A stretch of 64,000 bases of DNA from Sulfuricurvum sp. (GCA_041669045.1 JBAYBZ010000001.1:68082-132081); one strand, 5' to 3'. Numbered from the stretch's first letter, positions 47,455 through 58,547 are shown. The notes: generated by a model not told the origin, from the sequence alone. Numbers and translations: made by a program.

Positions 47455-50009
47455 TACCCTAACTTTTCTCTGATATACTCTAGTGCTTTTGCCTTTGCAT
47501 CTTCTACTCGCGATGGATCTTTACCGCCAGCTTGTGCGAAGTCGGCTCTTCCACCGCCACCGCCACCAACTACGGGAGCAACAGCTTTGATCCACTCACC
47601 TGCACTAAGATCTACCCCTTTTATGCCACTTGCAAGCAAGACTTTGTCATCTTTTACCTGCAAAAGTAGTGCACAGACTCTCTCGTGAGCATTTTTAAGC
47701 TCATCGATCTTCTCTTTTATATCGCCACTGCTTAGTAGATCTACCACCACTTTAACGCCACCGATCTCATCTACACTTAGATCTTGTTTTTGAGCACTCA
47801 TAGCGTTTTGTAGCTCTTTTTTAAGCTCTGCGCTATTTTGTTTTAGCCTCGAGATCCCAGAGAGTAGATCTAAGTTTTTCACCTCATCTTGAGCAGATCT
47901 AAGCAGATCTCTTTGCTGTACAAAGTACTCATACGCCGCTATCCCACAAACCGCCTCTATACGCCGTACACCTGCACTTACACCGCTCTCTTTTGTGATG
48001 ATAAATGATCCTATCTGCGAGCTATTTTCTACATGCACACCACCACAAAACTCGATCGATGCCTTACCAAAACTCACAACCCGCACGCTCTCGCCATACT
48101 TCTCACCAAAGAGTGCTTTTGCACCGCTCTTTTTGGCATCTTCTATGTTCATCACTTCGGTTTTTCTCTCCACCCCATAAGCGATTAGCTCATTGACTCT
48201 CTGCTCAATTTTAGCAAGCTCCTCTTTGCTCAGTGCCTTTGGGTGTGAAAAGTCAAATCTTAAGCGATCAGCTTCTACCAAACTCCCCGCTTGAGCTATA
48301 TGATCACCTAGCTCGTCGGACAAAACCGCATGAAGCAGGTGCGTTGCGGAGTGGTGTTTTGTTATCTCGCTTCGCTGTGAGCTAACCACTGCTTCTACGC
48401 TAGATCCAACCGCAAGATCAGATCTTAGATGAACCAAGGAGAGATTTAGATCAAAAAACTTCTTTGTATCTTCTACGCTAGCGACATCTTTTAGCTCACC
48501 CATATCGCCACACTGCCCGCCACTCTGAGCATAAAATGGTGTGCGATCTAGCATCACCCAACCACTCTCGCCACTCTTAAGCTTTGTAGTGCTCTTAAAG
48601 TTCTCATCAAGCAAAGCCAGTACAACACTACTAGATCTTAGATGCTCATAGCCTATAAACTCATTTTCGCCGTGACTCTCTAAAAGCTCTTTAAAATCGC
48701 CATAAACCGCCTCATCGCCACTGCCTTTCCATGCAGCTTTTGCTCTACTTCTTTGTTCATTCATAAGCTCATCAAACTTTATCACATCAAGCTCTAAGCC
48801 CTTCTCTCTTAGCATATCTTCAGTTAGATCTAGTGGAAAACCGTAGGTGTCATAGAGTTTAAACGCCACTTCACCGCTAAAGATCTGCTTCGTTTTTGCA
48901 AGCTCGTCGTTAAATAGTGCGATCCCAGACTCAATGGTCCTAAAAAACCTCTCCTCTTCTAAGAAGATCTGCTCTTTTACAGCTTCTGCCTTTTGTGCGA
49001 GGTACTCATACTCACCACCCATCGTGCCAACAAGCGTGTCATAAAGCTTATACATAAATGGCTCTTTGAAGCCTAGCAGATACCCATGTCTTACGCCACG
49101 GCGAAGTATGCGTCTAAGCACATATCCACGCCCCTCATTAGAGAAGTTTACACCCTGAGCTAGCAAAAATGCCACCGTTCTTATATGATCAGCTACTACT
49201 CTAAATGATGCACCGCTTGCATAGAGATACTCCCTGCCACAGAGATCTTCTACCTTTTTTATCAGTGGCATAAAGAGCGATGAGCTATAATTGCTAGTTA
49301 CTCCCTCTTTTATCGCCGTGACCCTCTCAAGCCCCATACCTGTGTCGATCGATGGTTTTGGAAGAGGTGTGAGCGTGCCATCTTTGCTCCTCTCATACTG
49401 CATAAAAACAAGGTTCCAGATCTCTAAAAAGCGATCACCCTCGCCCCCCATATAGTCCTCACTACCGCTAAAGTGCTCCTCACCTTGATCATAAAAGATC
49501 TCACTACAAGGTCCACACGGTCCTGTATCGCCCATCTGCCAGAAGTTATCTTTATCGCCCATTCTAAGCACACGATCTTTTGGCACATACTTAAGCCAGA
49601 TCTGCTCTGCTTCATCGTCACTATCGTGCACTGTAACCCAAAGTTTTGCCTTATCAAGTGCCAAAACTTCAGTCACAAACTCCCACGCATAAGCGATCGC
49701 TTCATCTTTAAAGTAGTCGCCAAAGCTAAAGTTTCCAAGCATCTCAAAAAATGTGTGGTGTCTTGCAGTATAGCCCACATTTTCTAGGTCATTGTGCTTG
49801 CCACCCGCTCTTATACATGTCTGACAACTCACCGCTCTAGGGTTTGTGGGGCGAGGTACTTCGCCTGTAAAGATCGACTTAAAAGGCACCATGCCAGCGT
49901 TGTTAAAAAGCAAACTCGCATCATCTGGCACAAGCGGTGCAGATGCTACTCTAGCGTGGTTTTTTGACTGAAAAAAACTTAAATACTCTTCTCTAATATC
50001 CATCATCAT
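47454..50009 (-). CDS. alaS: Alanine--tRNA ligase
   Basis: [18 protein letters not shown], the editing-domain HxxxH/CxxxH region, and a C-terminal [14 protein letters not shown] motif. Confidence 0.93.
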   Translation of the reverse strand: MMMDIREEYLSFFQSKNHARVASAPLVPDDASLLFNNAGMVPFKSIFTGEVPRPTNPRAVSCQTCIRAGGKHNDLENVGYTARHHTFFEMLGNFSFGDYFKDEAIAYAWEFVTEVLALDKAKLWVTVHDSDDEAEQIWLKYVPKDRVLRMGDKDNFWQMGDTGPCGPCSEIFYDQGEEHFSGSEDYMGGEGDRFLEIWNLVFMQYERSKDGTLTPLPKPSIDTGMGLERVTAIKEGVTSNYSSSLFMPLIKKVEDLCGREYLYASGASFRVVADHIRTVAFLLAQGVNFSNEGRGYVLRRILRRGVRHGYLLGFKEPFMYKLYDTLVGTMGGEYEYLAQKAEAVKEQIFLEEERFFRTIESGIALFNDELAKTKQIFSGEVAFKLYDTYGFPLDLTEDMLREKGLELDVIKFDELMNEQRSRAKAAWKGSGDEAVYGDFKELLESHGENEFIGYEHLRSSSVVLALLDENFKSTTKLKSGESGWVMLDRTPFYAQSGGQCGDMGELKDVASVEDTKKFFDLNLSLVHLRSDLAVGSSVEAVVSSQRSEITKHHSATHLLHAVLSDELGDHIAQAGSLVEADRLRFDFSHPKALSKEELAKIEQRVNELIAYGVERKTEVMNIEDAKKSGAKALFGEKYGESVRVVSFGKASIEFCGGVHVENSSQIGSFIITKESGVSAGVRRIEAVCGIAAYEYFVQQRDLLRSAQDEVKNLDLLSGISRLKQNSAELKKELQNAMSAQKQDLSVDEIGGVKVVVDLLSSGDIKEKIDELKNAHERVCALLLQVKDDKVLLASGIKGVDLSAGEWIKAVAPVVGGGGGGRADFAQAGGKDPSRVEDAKAKALEYIREKLG

Positions 50010-50091
50010 CTCTATGGTAAAATTGTGCGATTATATCCAATTTTTTATCCCTTAATGTTTAAATTAATCGTATTTGTTGTATAGTTGTAGT

Positions 50092-50460
50092 ATGTTTTAT
50101 GTTATTAAAAAGAATGATACCAAACCGCTACCATCTATCGTAGGCTTCGAGGTGGATAAGTATATCGCCACTAGAAATTCTACAAGCGTCATAGTGGAGT
50201 TTAAGCACGAGAACAAGCCTATTAGACGCTGGGTGGACAAGAGCGAGATCATACTACTAACTGATGATAAAGAGTTCTTTTTACAAACCCTTGAGAAGTT
50301 CAAACTACTCCATAAAGATGAGCAGAGTCTCATAGATCAAGCCAAACATGAGCTTGATATGAGCGTAGAAAACTCCAACAACAAGCTAAATAGTGCCATA
50401 GAGGAGTTTCAAAAACAAAAATTTGAGGGCGAATACCCTTGTATACTAAAAAGGCTCTAG
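50092..50460 (+). CDS. Hypothetical protein
   Basis: ORF only; no motifs and a weak ribosome-binding site. Confidence 0.35.
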   Translation: MFYVIKKNDTKPLPSIVGFEVDKYIATRNSTSVIVEFKHENKPIRRWVDKSEIILLTDDKEFFLQTLEKFKLLHKDEQSLIDQAKHELDMSVENSNNKLNSAIEEFQKQKFEGEYPCILKRL

Positions 50461-51881
50461 CAGATCACTACGCTCTTGATCTCGCTTAGCTCTTCGATGG
50501 CAAATCTCGGCCCCTCACGCCCCACTCCACTTAGTTTCACGCCACCATATGGTTGTATATCAAAACGAAGAGTTGGTATATCATTTACCACCACGCCACC
50601 GCACTCAAACTCCTCAATTGAGCGTTTTGCAAGGCTAAGCGAGTTTGTAAAGATAGAAAATTGAAGCCCATAAGGGGAGTTGTTCATCTTTGCTACTGCT
50701 TCATCAAAGCTACCCACTCGCACAAGTGAGACAATAGGTGCAAAAACCTCCTCGCATACGATCGCCATCTCATCACGCACTTCACTCATCACACAAGGGT
50801 AAAAGATCCGCTCATCTGCTTTTGGCTCAAGCAGTGGCACTGCACCCTCATCTATGGCACTCTTCACCCAGTTCATAGCCCTACTAACCGCCTCTTTATC
50901 TATAAGAGGCCCCATAAAAGTCTCATCATCATAGGGAGATCCAACCTTTAGTTTTGCACTCTCATCTGCTAGTTTGATGGCAAACTCATCGTAGATCTTA
51001 GCATTTACATAGATGCGTTGAAGTGAGATACAGACCTGCCCAGAGTTACTAAACGCCCCTACCGCACACCTGCTAGCTGCCAAAGAGAGATCCGCACTCT
51101 CATCTATATATGTCGCGGCGTTGCCACCTAGCTCAAGTGAGATCTTTTTGATCCCTGCACTTTTGGTTATGATCTCACCCACTTGCACACTTCCTGTGAA
51201 GCTGATAACTCGCGGTATGTCGCTTTTTACTAGAGCTGAACCTACCTCCGCGTCGCCATAAACAACACTTAGTGCATCTTTGGTGGCAAACTCACTCTCT
51301 ATGAAGAGTTTAGCAAACTTATATGCAGTAAATGGAGCTTCTGGGGTTGGTTTTAACACCACTGCATTGCCCGCAACAAGAGCAGGGGCGAGCTTGTGAG
51401 CTACAAGGTTTAGTGGAAAGTTAAACGGCGTGATCGCCACCACCACACCAGCTGGCACTCTTGTATAGTAGGCGATGCTCTTTTTGCCACTAAAGGTAGC
51501 ATCTGTACTAAATGTCTCACCACCCATTGTCCGCATAGTCTCACTACTAAGCCTTATAGTCTCGATACAGCGATCCACCTCAAGCCTAGCAAATGCGATA
51601 GGTTTACCCACCTCATCGGTGATGGTTTTTGCCATCTCTTCACGCATAACCTCTAACTTGCTTGCTACATCTTCTAGCCACGCACATCTTCTAGCCAGAC
51701 TTGCTTTTGCCGCCTCTTTGCTAGCTATTTTAGCCACTTCCAAAGCTTGCAGAGCATCACTTGCATCGCAAAGTGCCGCCATGCTTACTATCTCACCACT
51801 ATATGGCGAGTGGCGAGGTGTATAATTTTCTTTTATAATTTCTTTAGATCCCAAATATAAATTTGCTCTCATAATTTTCAC
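50457..51881 (-). CDS. NAD(P)-dependent aldehyde dehydrogenase
   Basis: ELGGNA and catalytic Cys context SGQVCIS. Confidence 0.85.
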   Translation of the reverse strand: MKIMRANLYLGSKEIIKENYTPRHSPYSGEIVSMAALCDASDALQALEVAKIASKEAAKASLARRCAWLEDVASKLEVMREEMAKTITDEVGKPIAFARLEVDRCIETIRLSSETMRTMGGETFSTDATFSGKKSIAYYTRVPAGVVVAITPFNFPLNLVAHKLAPALVAGNAVVLKPTPEAPFTAYKFAKLFIESEFATKDALSVVYGDAEVGSALVKSDIPRVISFTGSVQVGEIITKSAGIKKISLELGGNAATYIDESADLSLAASRCAVGAFSNSGQVCISLQRIYVNAKIYDEFAIKLADESAKLKVGSPYDDETFMGPLIDKEAVSRAMNWVKSAIDEGAVPLLEPKADERIFYPCVMSEVRDEMAIVCEEVFAPIVSLVRVGSFDEAVAKMNNSPYGLQFSIFTNSLSLAKRSIEEFECGGVVVNDIPTLRFDIQPYGGVKLSGVGREGPRFAIEELSEIKSVVIC

Positions 51882-51933
51882 TTTTTTTAGATTTTATGCT
51901 ATCATACAACAATAAGATAAAAAGGAGTAGATC

Positions 51934-52119
51934 ATGGAAGTTCAAAGCTATACTTACCTCTCACCATACAGCTCTCCTGTGCAGATAGGTCGTCCCGATC
52001 CTACTGCCAAAAAAGAAGATCCGACTATGGAGCTAGAGGGTAGCAAACCTGTAAAAGAGGCACCAAAAACGATGCAAAGCCCAAAGGATATACCAGCACC
52101 TTTTGATATTCATGCTTAG
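51934..52119 (+). CDS. Small Pro/Lys-rich hypothetical protein
   Basis: Strong Shine-Dalgarno (AAAAGGAG) 8 nt upstream of the ATG. No homology recognisable. Confidence 0.35.
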   Translation: MEVQSYTYLSPYSSPVQIGRPDPTAKKEDPTMELEGSKPVKEAPKTMQSPKDIPAPFDIHA

Positions 52120-52498
52120 ATCTTTAGCTCTTGTGTTACTTTTTAGTAGCGTAACTTTTGCGTCGCAGTGGCTAAATGACTACTATGAAGCACTTGAAGT
52201 TGCCAAAAAAGAGAACAAAGATATCTATATGTTTGTAGGAGCTGATGATTGCAGATGGTGTGACTACTTCAAGGAGATCACACTATCAAAACCAGAGGTG
52301 ATCAAGAGGTTAGAAGAGGATTTTGTACTGCTCTACCTCTCGCGAGATAGACACACAGTGCCTTATGATCTTGAGGTTCAAGGTGTGCCTAGACACTACT
52401 TTTTTACCAACCGTGGCAAACTCTACTATCAAGACAGAGGCAGTAGAGAGATAGATGGCTTTTATCTTATGCTAGATGAAGCGGAGCTATCTAAATAG
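52103..52498 (+). CDS. Periplasmic thioredoxin-fold protein
   Basis: Signal peptide and a CRWC (CxxC) motif in the expected thioredoxin-fold position. Confidence 0.55.
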   Translation: MIFMLRSLALVLLFSSVTFASQWLNDYYEALEVAKKENKDIYMFVGADDCRWCDYFKEITLSKPEVIKRLEEDFVLLYLSRDRHTVPYDLEVQGVPRHYFFTNRGKLYYQDRGSREIDGFYLMLDEAELSK

Positions 52499-52823
52499 TT
52501 ATATTTTCTAACATCTCCACACCACTAGGCGTAACTACTACAAGATCTAGCATATAACTAGATCTACTTATGCTATTCTTTTTTATATAGACATCAATAC
52601 TTTTTAGTAGTCTTGAGATCTTTGTGCGAGTCATATTTTGCACAGCACTCTCATACTCTACTCCGCTTTTGACCTCTACAAAATGGATCACATCATCTTT
52701 GTAGGCGATGATATCGATCTCGCCAAAGCGGGTATAAAAGTTTCGCTCAAGCAGGCAAAAACCACGCTCGTTTAGGTAGTTACACGCCCTATCTTCGGCG
52801 ATATTTCCCTTAAATCTGCTCAA
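52491..52823 (-). CDS. YraN-family (UPF0102) endonuclease-like protein
   Basis: AEDRACNYL..GEIDIIAYKDDVIHFVEVK pattern. Confidence 0.8.
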   Translation of the reverse strand: MSRFKGNIAEDRACNYLNERGFCLLERNFYTRFGEIDIIAYKDDVIHFVEVKSGVEYESAVQNMTRTKISRLLKSIDVYIKKNSISRSSYMLDLVVVTPSGVEMLENITI

Positions 52824-52826
52824 AAC

Positions 52827-54086
52827 CTAAACGATCCTAATCATAACAGGCTTGGCATTTACAAACTCCAATCTACTAAGCGTTGCAAGCAGAGCTTGAA
52901 CATCGCTCTCTTTTGCTTTATGAGTAGAGATGAGCAGATTTGCACTACTCTCATCAGCATTTCTTTGAACTATGGTGCCAATGGAGATAGAGTTCTCCTC
53001 AAAAAGCTTAGTGATCTTAGCAAGCACACCTAGGCGGTCGCTAACATTTATACGGATATAGTACTTTGAGATGATTTGTGAAGGATCTTTTAGGCTAAGC
53101 CCAACTTCCATCGGGCGATCAAAGCCTAGCATCGGCTTAGCCTTGCCACTTCTTGCTATGTCGATGATGTTGGCGATCACCGCACTTGCAGTTGCATTGC
53201 CACCCGCTCCAGCACCATAGTAAAGCGTTTCGCCCACTTGATCACCTACTACGCTGATGCCATTCATCACGCCATCGATCTTGGCGATCATCTCCTCTTT
53301 TTTTATAAGAGATGGGTGAACTCTAAGCTCAACTTCATTGCCATCTTTTTTAGCGATACCTAGCAGTTTAATAGCGTAGCCAAACTCTTTAGCAAAAGCG
53401 ATATCATCTTGCGAAATATTCTCAATGCCCTCGATGAGGATCTCTTCAGGCTTCGCATCGATCCCATAAGCTATGCTAGATAGTATCAAAAGCTTGTGAG
53501 CAGCATCAAAACCACCCACATCAAATGTTGGATCTGCCTCTGCATAACCCAGCTCTTGTGCCTCTTTTAGCACCTCTGCATAACCTACACCATCGTTGGT
53601 CATCTTGGTCATCATATAGTTACAAGTACCATTTAGTATGCCTTTGATCGACTCTATATGGTTGGCACTTAGTCCATCGCGAAGAGCGTTGATGATGGGG
53701 ATCCCACCCGCCACACTCGCCTCATACTCAAATGGTATATCTTTTGCGATCTTAGCGATCTCATAGCGGTGATAAGCCAGAAGTGCTTTGTTTGCAGTCA
53801 CAACAGCTTTGCCATTTTTTAGTGCCTTGCTAACGACCTTAAACGCCTCATCGACGCCACCCATCAGCTCTACAACAACATCGATCTCCTCATCATCTAG
53901 CACATCATCAACATTTGTACTAAGTTTTATGCCCAAATCTTTATGTCTGTTTAGATCTCGCACCACACCGCATTTTACAACTATGCTAGCACCCGCTCTA
54001 GCTGAGATGACATCGGCATTTTCTTGCAAGATCCTAGCTACACTACTCCCCACAGTCCCAACACCGACGATCCCAACTTTTATCAT
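52827..54086 (-). CDS. hom: Homoserine dehydrogenase
   Basis: GVGTVG NAD motif, conserved catalytic region and a C-terminal ACT domain. Confidence 0.9.
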   Translation of the reverse strand: MIKVGIVGVGTVGSSVARILQENADVISARAGASIVVKCGVVRDLNRHKDLGIKLSTNVDDVLDDEEIDVVVELMGGVDEAFKVVSKALKNGKAVVTANKALLAYHRYEIAKIAKDIPFEYEASVAGGIPIINALRDGLSANHIESIKGILNGTCNYMMTKMTNDGVGYAEVLKEAQELGYAEADPTFDVGGFDAAHKLLILSSIAYGIDAKPEEILIEGIENISQDDIAFAKEFGYAIKLLGIAKKDGNEVELRVHPSLIKKEEMIAKIDGVMNGISVVGDQVGETLYYGAGAGGNATASAVIANIIDIARSGKAKPMLGFDRPMEVGLSLKDPSQIISKYYIRINVSDRLGVLAKITKLFEENSISIGTIVQRNADESSANLLISTHKAKESDVQALLATLSRLEFVNAKPVMIRIV

Positions 54087-55303
54087 TTTGACTCGCTATT
54101 TAGTTTTTTCAAAAACTCTTTTATGTTTCTCGCAGCTTGACGAATACGGTTGTCGTTTTCTATCAAAGCTATGCGTACATACTCATCACCATTTGGCCCA
54201 AACCCAATCCCAGGAGCAACTGCAACATCAGCTTCAGCTAGAAGTCTTTTGGAAAACTCTAAGCTTCCCATATGCAAGGCAACCTCAGGGATCTTAGCCC
54301 ACACAAACATACTCGCTTGGTTTTTGCGGATCTCCCAGCCAGCGTTTTTAAAGGCATCTAGCAGTACTTCTTGGCGGTGGTTATACTTTTGTGTGATCTC
54401 TTCTACGCAAGATTGATCACCATTTAGTGCCACAGTAGACGCAACTTGGATCGGCGTAAACATACCATAATCAAGCCATGATTTGATCTTTATCAGTGCT
54501 CCGATGAGCTTTTTGTTACCAACAAAAAAGCCAACCCTCCAGCCTGCCATATTGTAGCTTTTTGATAGCGTAAAGCTCTCTACTGCGACATCTTTTGCAC
54601 CCTCAACACTCATGATCGAAGGCGTTTTGTAGCCATCAAATGTTATATCGCCATACGCTATATCGCTTATGACATAAAAACGCATCTCTTTTGCCATCGC
54701 AACAAGTCTGACATAAAACTCTGGTGTGACAGTCGCGGTGGTTGGATTGTGCGGAAAATTTACCAAAACGAACTTTGGTCTTGGTGAGCTTTCGTTAAAA
54801 ACCCGCTTTAGATCTAAGAAAAACTGATCCTCATCGACTCTATAATCCTCATCAAACTTTATGGCAAATTTGACCACATTTCCACCCGCAAGTATAAACG
54901 AATACTCATGGATCGGATATGTTGGATCTGGTACAACCGCGACATCTCCAGGGTTTGTAATAGCGTAAGCTAAGTGAGCATAACCCTCTTTTGAACCCAT
55001 CGTTGCGACGCACTCACTATATGGATCTAGATCACACCCGTAGCGTTTTTTGTACCAGTTGGCGATGGCAACAAGCAGTTTTGGGATCCCCTTTGAAACA
55101 GAGTAGCCGTGAGTCTTTGTCTTTTGAGCTGACTCCAAAAGCTTCTCTCTTATATGCTCTGGTGTGTCGCCATCGGGGTTACCCATCGAAAAGTCGATCA
55201 CATCTCTCCCAGAGCGTCGTTGAGCCATCTTTAGCTCGTTTACCTCAGCAAATACATACTTTGGTAACCTCTTCATTCTATCAAACTCTATCTCATTAAA
55301 CAT
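54083..55303 (-). CDS. Class I/II PLP-dependent aminotransferase (AspC/AlaA-like)
   Basis: NPTT and SKSYNMAGWR (PLP lysine) motifs. 4-nt overlap with hom. Confidence 0.85.
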   Translation of the reverse strand: MFNEIEFDRMKRLPKYVFAEVNELKMAQRRSGRDVIDFSMGNPDGDTPEHIREKLLESAQKTKTHGYSVSKGIPKLLVAIANWYKKRYGCDLDPYSECVATMGSKEGYAHLAYAITNPGDVAVVPDPTYPIHEYSFILAGGNVVKFAIKFDEDYRVDEDQFFLDLKRVFNESSPRPKFVLVNFPHNPTTATVTPEFYVRLVAMAKEMRFYVISDIAYGDITFDGYKTPSIMSVEGAKDVAVESFTLSKSYNMAGWRVGFFVGNKKLIGALIKIKSWLDYGMFTPIQVASTVALNGDQSCVEEITQKYNHRQEVLLDAFKNAGWEIRKNQASMFVWAKIPEVALHMGSLEFSKRLLAEADVAVAPGIGFGPNGDEYVRIALIENDNRIRQAARNIKEFLKKLNSESK

Positions 55304-55358
55304 CTACTATCCCTAGCAAAAAAATTGTGCAATTTTACCCAAAAAGAGTTTAATATCT

Positions 55359-56180
55359 TCATCTGATCGGCTTTAGTATCAGATCATCTCTTAGGTTTTT
55401 CATATCATACATATCAGCAACCTTCATATAGCTCGCTCCATTTGCGATCTCAAGTCGCAATGAGGTCACTTTGGAGTCGATCTTTTTGGTCTCTAAAAGA
55501 TTTAGCTCACTATCAAAATAGGCAATATATGGGTGCCAATTATTACTAAAAGAGGTCTCAACACTTAGAGTATCTACACCGCTAACCTCAACCCAGTGGG
55601 CATAAAGCGATCTTTTTAGTCGCACCTCATCATCTATCTTTGTAGTATCGACTCTAGCACTGCTCATATCTAGCTCGTAGATCCAGTTGGCTTGGTTTTG
55701 CCTCACAATATCCACAACCCTTACGCCATTTTTGGCAAGCTCATCAATAAGAACCGTCGGATCACTCGCATACTCACTCACCATCGCCACACGCCACAAA
55801 AACTCATCTTGTGAGTATGACGCCTCTTTTGTAGTGTACTTATAGTAGCCGATATTTACCAAAGCATCATTAACTATTTTTATAAATAGATTTGGCTTTG
55901 AGGAGGTTTTAAAGCTTATGCTAAACTCTTGAGGCGAGTTAAAAAATATATTTAAAAGCCCATTTTCTTTCAAAACCCGCACAAGTTTTAGTGTATCTAC
56001 GCGACTAGATCCCACAAGATAGTTGCTCTTTGGTTTTGTTATAGCATCTATAAAGGCTCTATTTTTAGCGTATGCCTTCTCTCCTAAGAGGTTTTGGATC
56101 TTCTCATCTACTACACTTGATGCTACCAAACTAGTAGAGACAAATATCAAAATAGCCAAAAAACTATGCACTCTACTCAT
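55359..56180 (-). CDS. Secreted hypothetical protein
   Basis: Signal-like N-terminus. Overlaps the upstream gene by 4 nt. Confidence 0.5.
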   Translation of the reverse strand: MSRVHSFLAILIFVSTSLVASSVVDEKIQNLLGEKAYAKNRAFIDAITKPKSNYLVGSSRVDTLKLVRVLKENGLLNIFFNSPQEFSISFKTSSKPNLFIKIVNDALVNIGYYKYTTKEASYSQDEFLWRVAMVSEYASDPTVLIDELAKNGVRVVDIVRQNQANWIYELDMSSARVDTTKIDDEVRLKRSLYAHWVEVSGVDTLSVETSFSNNWHPYIAYFDSELNLLETKKIDSKVTSLRLEIANGASYMKVADMYDMKNLRDDLILKPIR

Positions 56181-57052
56181 GGCAACCTGCTTGCTAGATC
56201 TTTGTAGTGCGAAGCATCAATCTTCTCAAGATTGCCATCTTTATACATAAACCGCACACTATACTCCGACGCAAGCTCATCTCTTTGCTCACCATAGCTT
56301 ATGTTAAAGTTGCTATGTCCAAAGTGCAAAAGATACTCACCCTCTCCATCAAGCTCAAGCCTCTCCTCTAGTAGCTTTTGGCTCTTTTTGCCACTTGAGA
56401 GATCTACTATCTCTAGCCACAGCTTCTCTTTTGGCTCTATTAGCACTATTTTTGGCTTAGCAGTAGCCTCTACGCTTATAGGTGCCTCCTCTTGCTTTTG
56501 CACCTCTTCTTGCTTTTGCACCTCTTCTTGCTCTTGTGCTTCTTCTTGCTTTTGTGCTTCTTCTTGCTTTTGTACCTCTTGAAGTGCCTCATCTTCTATG
56601 GCATCATCACTTAGATCCTCTTTTGTCACAAGATCACTCTCCCACGCCAAAGGTCTCTCCTCTTGAAAAACCTCTACTTGCACTATCTGATGCTCTTTTT
56701 GAGAGAGTGCATAGAGATACGCAACTCCTGCAAATATAAGCACTCCGCTTAGTATAAAAAGCAGCCTATTGCGACTCTTTTGCCTACTCTGCTCTACCCG
56801 CTCGATCGCCCGCTGTTTTTGCAGTCCCACCGCATCATCATCATGACTAGCTTTTGCTTCATCTCTTAGATCTTGCAAGTTAAGAGCGTACTCCCGCTCA
56901 AGTATGCTCAAAAAGCCATTTAGTTGCACAAAACTAAACTCGCCAAACTCTCTATTTAGTATCTTTTGTATAAAACCTCGCGAAATATGGGTCTTTTCAT
57001 AGATCTTTTGCACACCAATAGATCTAAGCTTTTCTAAATCGCTTTGCATCAT
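56177..57052 (-). CDS. RodZ-like HTH membrane protein with internal hexapeptide repeats
   Basis: N-terminal HTH-like segment, one TM (LLFILSGVLIFAGVAYLYAL), then an acidic (K/E)QEE(A/V)Q repeat. Confidence 0.55.
   Translation of the reverse strand: MMQSDLEKLRSIGVQKIYEKTHISRGFIQKILNREFGEFSFVQLNGFLSILEREYALNLQDLRDEAKASHDDDAVGLQKQRAIERVEQSRQKSRNRLLFILSGVLIFAGVAYLYALSQKEHQIVQVEVFQEERPLAWESDLVTKEDLSDDAIEDEALQEVQKQEEAQKQEEAQEQEEVQKQEEVQKQEEAPISVEATAKPKIVLIEPKEKLWLEIVDLSSGKKSQKLLEERLELDGEGEYLLHFGHSNFNISYGEQRDELASEYSVRFMYKDGNLEKIDASHYKDLASRLP
56483..56580. repeat. About 5.5 tandem copies of an 18-bp unit (CACCTCTTCTTGCTTTTG and variants) within a coding region
   Basis: Units at 56483, 56501, 56519, 56537 and 56555, plus a partial sixth. 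They encode QKQEEAQKQEEAQEQEEVQKQEEVQKQEEA. Confidence 0.85.
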
Positions 57053-57747
57053 CTCATCCTATCCATAAGTATTGCAGCTGCTGCGTTTACATTTAGCGAG
57101 TCAAAACCTGCACGCATCTGTATTGAGACTATTTTATCAAGTTTTTGCTTTACTCTTCTAGTAAGCCCCTCACCCTCGCCACCAAGCACCAAAGCTCGCT
57201 TAGGGTGGATCTTTGCATCTCTTATATCTTCACCGTCCATATCTGCTCCATAGAGCGTAAAGCCCGAAGTTGCTAGATCATTTAGCACATCTAGCGTATT
57301 TTGAACTATGGCAAATGGCATATCGTAGATGGTCGCAGTACTAGATCTAACAATCCCCTCAAATGGAAGTGACTTCACCCCACACGCGATGATAGCATCA
57401 ACACCTAAGGCATAAGCACTCCGCACGATCGCTCCGATGTTGCCTATATCAGTTAAACTAGAGAGAACTAGCACAAAGTTATGATCCAAAAACTCTCTAT
57501 GATCTTGCAGTCTTAGTGGTTCAACCTCGGCAACAAAGCCTTGATGATTGGTAGTTTTTGCCATCTTTGTAGCTGCTTCATTTGGTATGCGTTTTAGCTC
57601 AAAACCCATTCTCATAAGTCTTGCAAACTCATCTTTTGGCAGATCTTTAGCAACATAAAGTTTTCTTATCTTATCCATATGATGATCTAGCATATAGTAG
57701 ATGCTCTGCTTTGCGTATATTATCACTTCATTAGCTCCTCGTAGCAC
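57049..57747 (-). CDS. TrmH/SpoU-family RNA 2'-O-methyltransferase (RlmB-like)
   Basis: SpoU motifs (GNIGAIVRSA, LVLGGEGEGL, SLNVNAAAAI). Confidence 0.8.
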   Translation of the reverse strand: MLRGANEVIIYAKQSIYYMLDHHMDKIRKLYVAKDLPKDEFARLMRMGFELKRIPNEAATKMAKTTNHQGFVAEVEPLRLQDHREFLDHNFVLVLSSLTDIGNIGAIVRSAYALGVDAIIACGVKSLPFEGIVRSSTATIYDMPFAIVQNTLDVLNDLATSGFTLYGADMDGEDIRDAKIHPKRALVLGGEGEGLTRRVKQKLDKIVSIQMRAGFDSLNVNAAAAILMDRMR

Positions 57748-58535
57748 TCTTTTATGCCTCTTTTTGTCACTTTTGCTAGCAGTTTTGCTTTGGTTTTTTT
57801 AGGTAGATCTAGCCCCATTATGTCACTCTGCGATATAGCTCCACTTGTACTAACCTCCGATGAGCTAAGCACCACTACCCATTCGCCTTTTGGGTTTTGT
57901 GGCAGAGTAGCTCTCACCTCGCTTGGAGTGCCTTTATAGTATGCTTGATGCAGTTTTGTAAGCTCTTTTGCGACAAAGATCTCTCTTGTGGGATCTAAGA
58001 TCTCAAGCTCGCCCAAAAGCTTTTGCATGCGATGCACTGACTCATACAAAACTGTAACAAAACCGCTATAAAGTGCACCATTTAGCGACTCACTCCTAGC
58101 AGATCCTTTGTGTGGCAAAAAACCCCAAAATAGCATCTGAGTCTCGCTAAATCCACTTGCCACATACGCCACAAGTGCAGCATTTGCCCCCGCTAGAACA
58201 TCATAAGCGATGCCATGTTTTTGAGCATACTGCACCAAAAGGCTAGCTGGATCACTCACACTTGGCATACCCGCATCACTCACATAAACCACCTCTTGAT
58301 CAAAAAAATCAGGGGTTAGTTTCTCTACAAACTCTTTTTCATTGTGTGAGTGAAGGGAGTAGAACTCTTGATCGGCTTTTGGTGTAAGGTTGTAACGCTC
58401 TTGAAGTAGCAAAAGTAGCTTTTTGGTGACGCGAGTATCTTCGCAAAGTAGTATATCTGCACTCATCAGAGCCTCTGAGGCTCTATGAGTTATGTCGCCT
58501 ATATTTCCAATGGGTGTTGGAACAAGACGGAGCAT
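57723..58535 (-). CDS. rsmI: 16S rRNA (cytidine1402-2'-O)-methyltransferase
   Basis: LVPTPIGNIGDIT and CEDTR motifs. Confidence 0.88.
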   Translation of the reverse strand: MLRLVPTPIGNIGDITHRASEALMSADILLCEDTRVTKKLLLLLQERYNLTPKADQEFYSLHSHNEKEFVEKLTPDFFDQEVVYVSDAGMPSVSDPASLLVQYAQKHGIAYDVLAGANAALVAYVASGFSETQMLFWGFLPHKGSARSESLNGALYSGFVTVLYESVHRMQKLLGELEILDPTREIFVAKELTKLHQAYYKGTPSEVRATLPQNPKGEWVVVLSSSEVSTSGAISQSDIMGLDLPKKTKAKLLAKVTKRGIKECYEELMK

Positions 58536-58547
58536 TTTTATGCTTTT

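Noticed and set aside
53788-54297. 169-aa plus-strand ORF opposite hom and the aminotransferase. Similar antisense ORFs occur at 12004-12342, 21028-21438, 15741-16091, 51475-51825 and 56301-56739.
   Set aside because: They are Ser/Thr/Leu-rich, low-complexity shadow ORFs lying entirely inside well-supported genes on the other strand.
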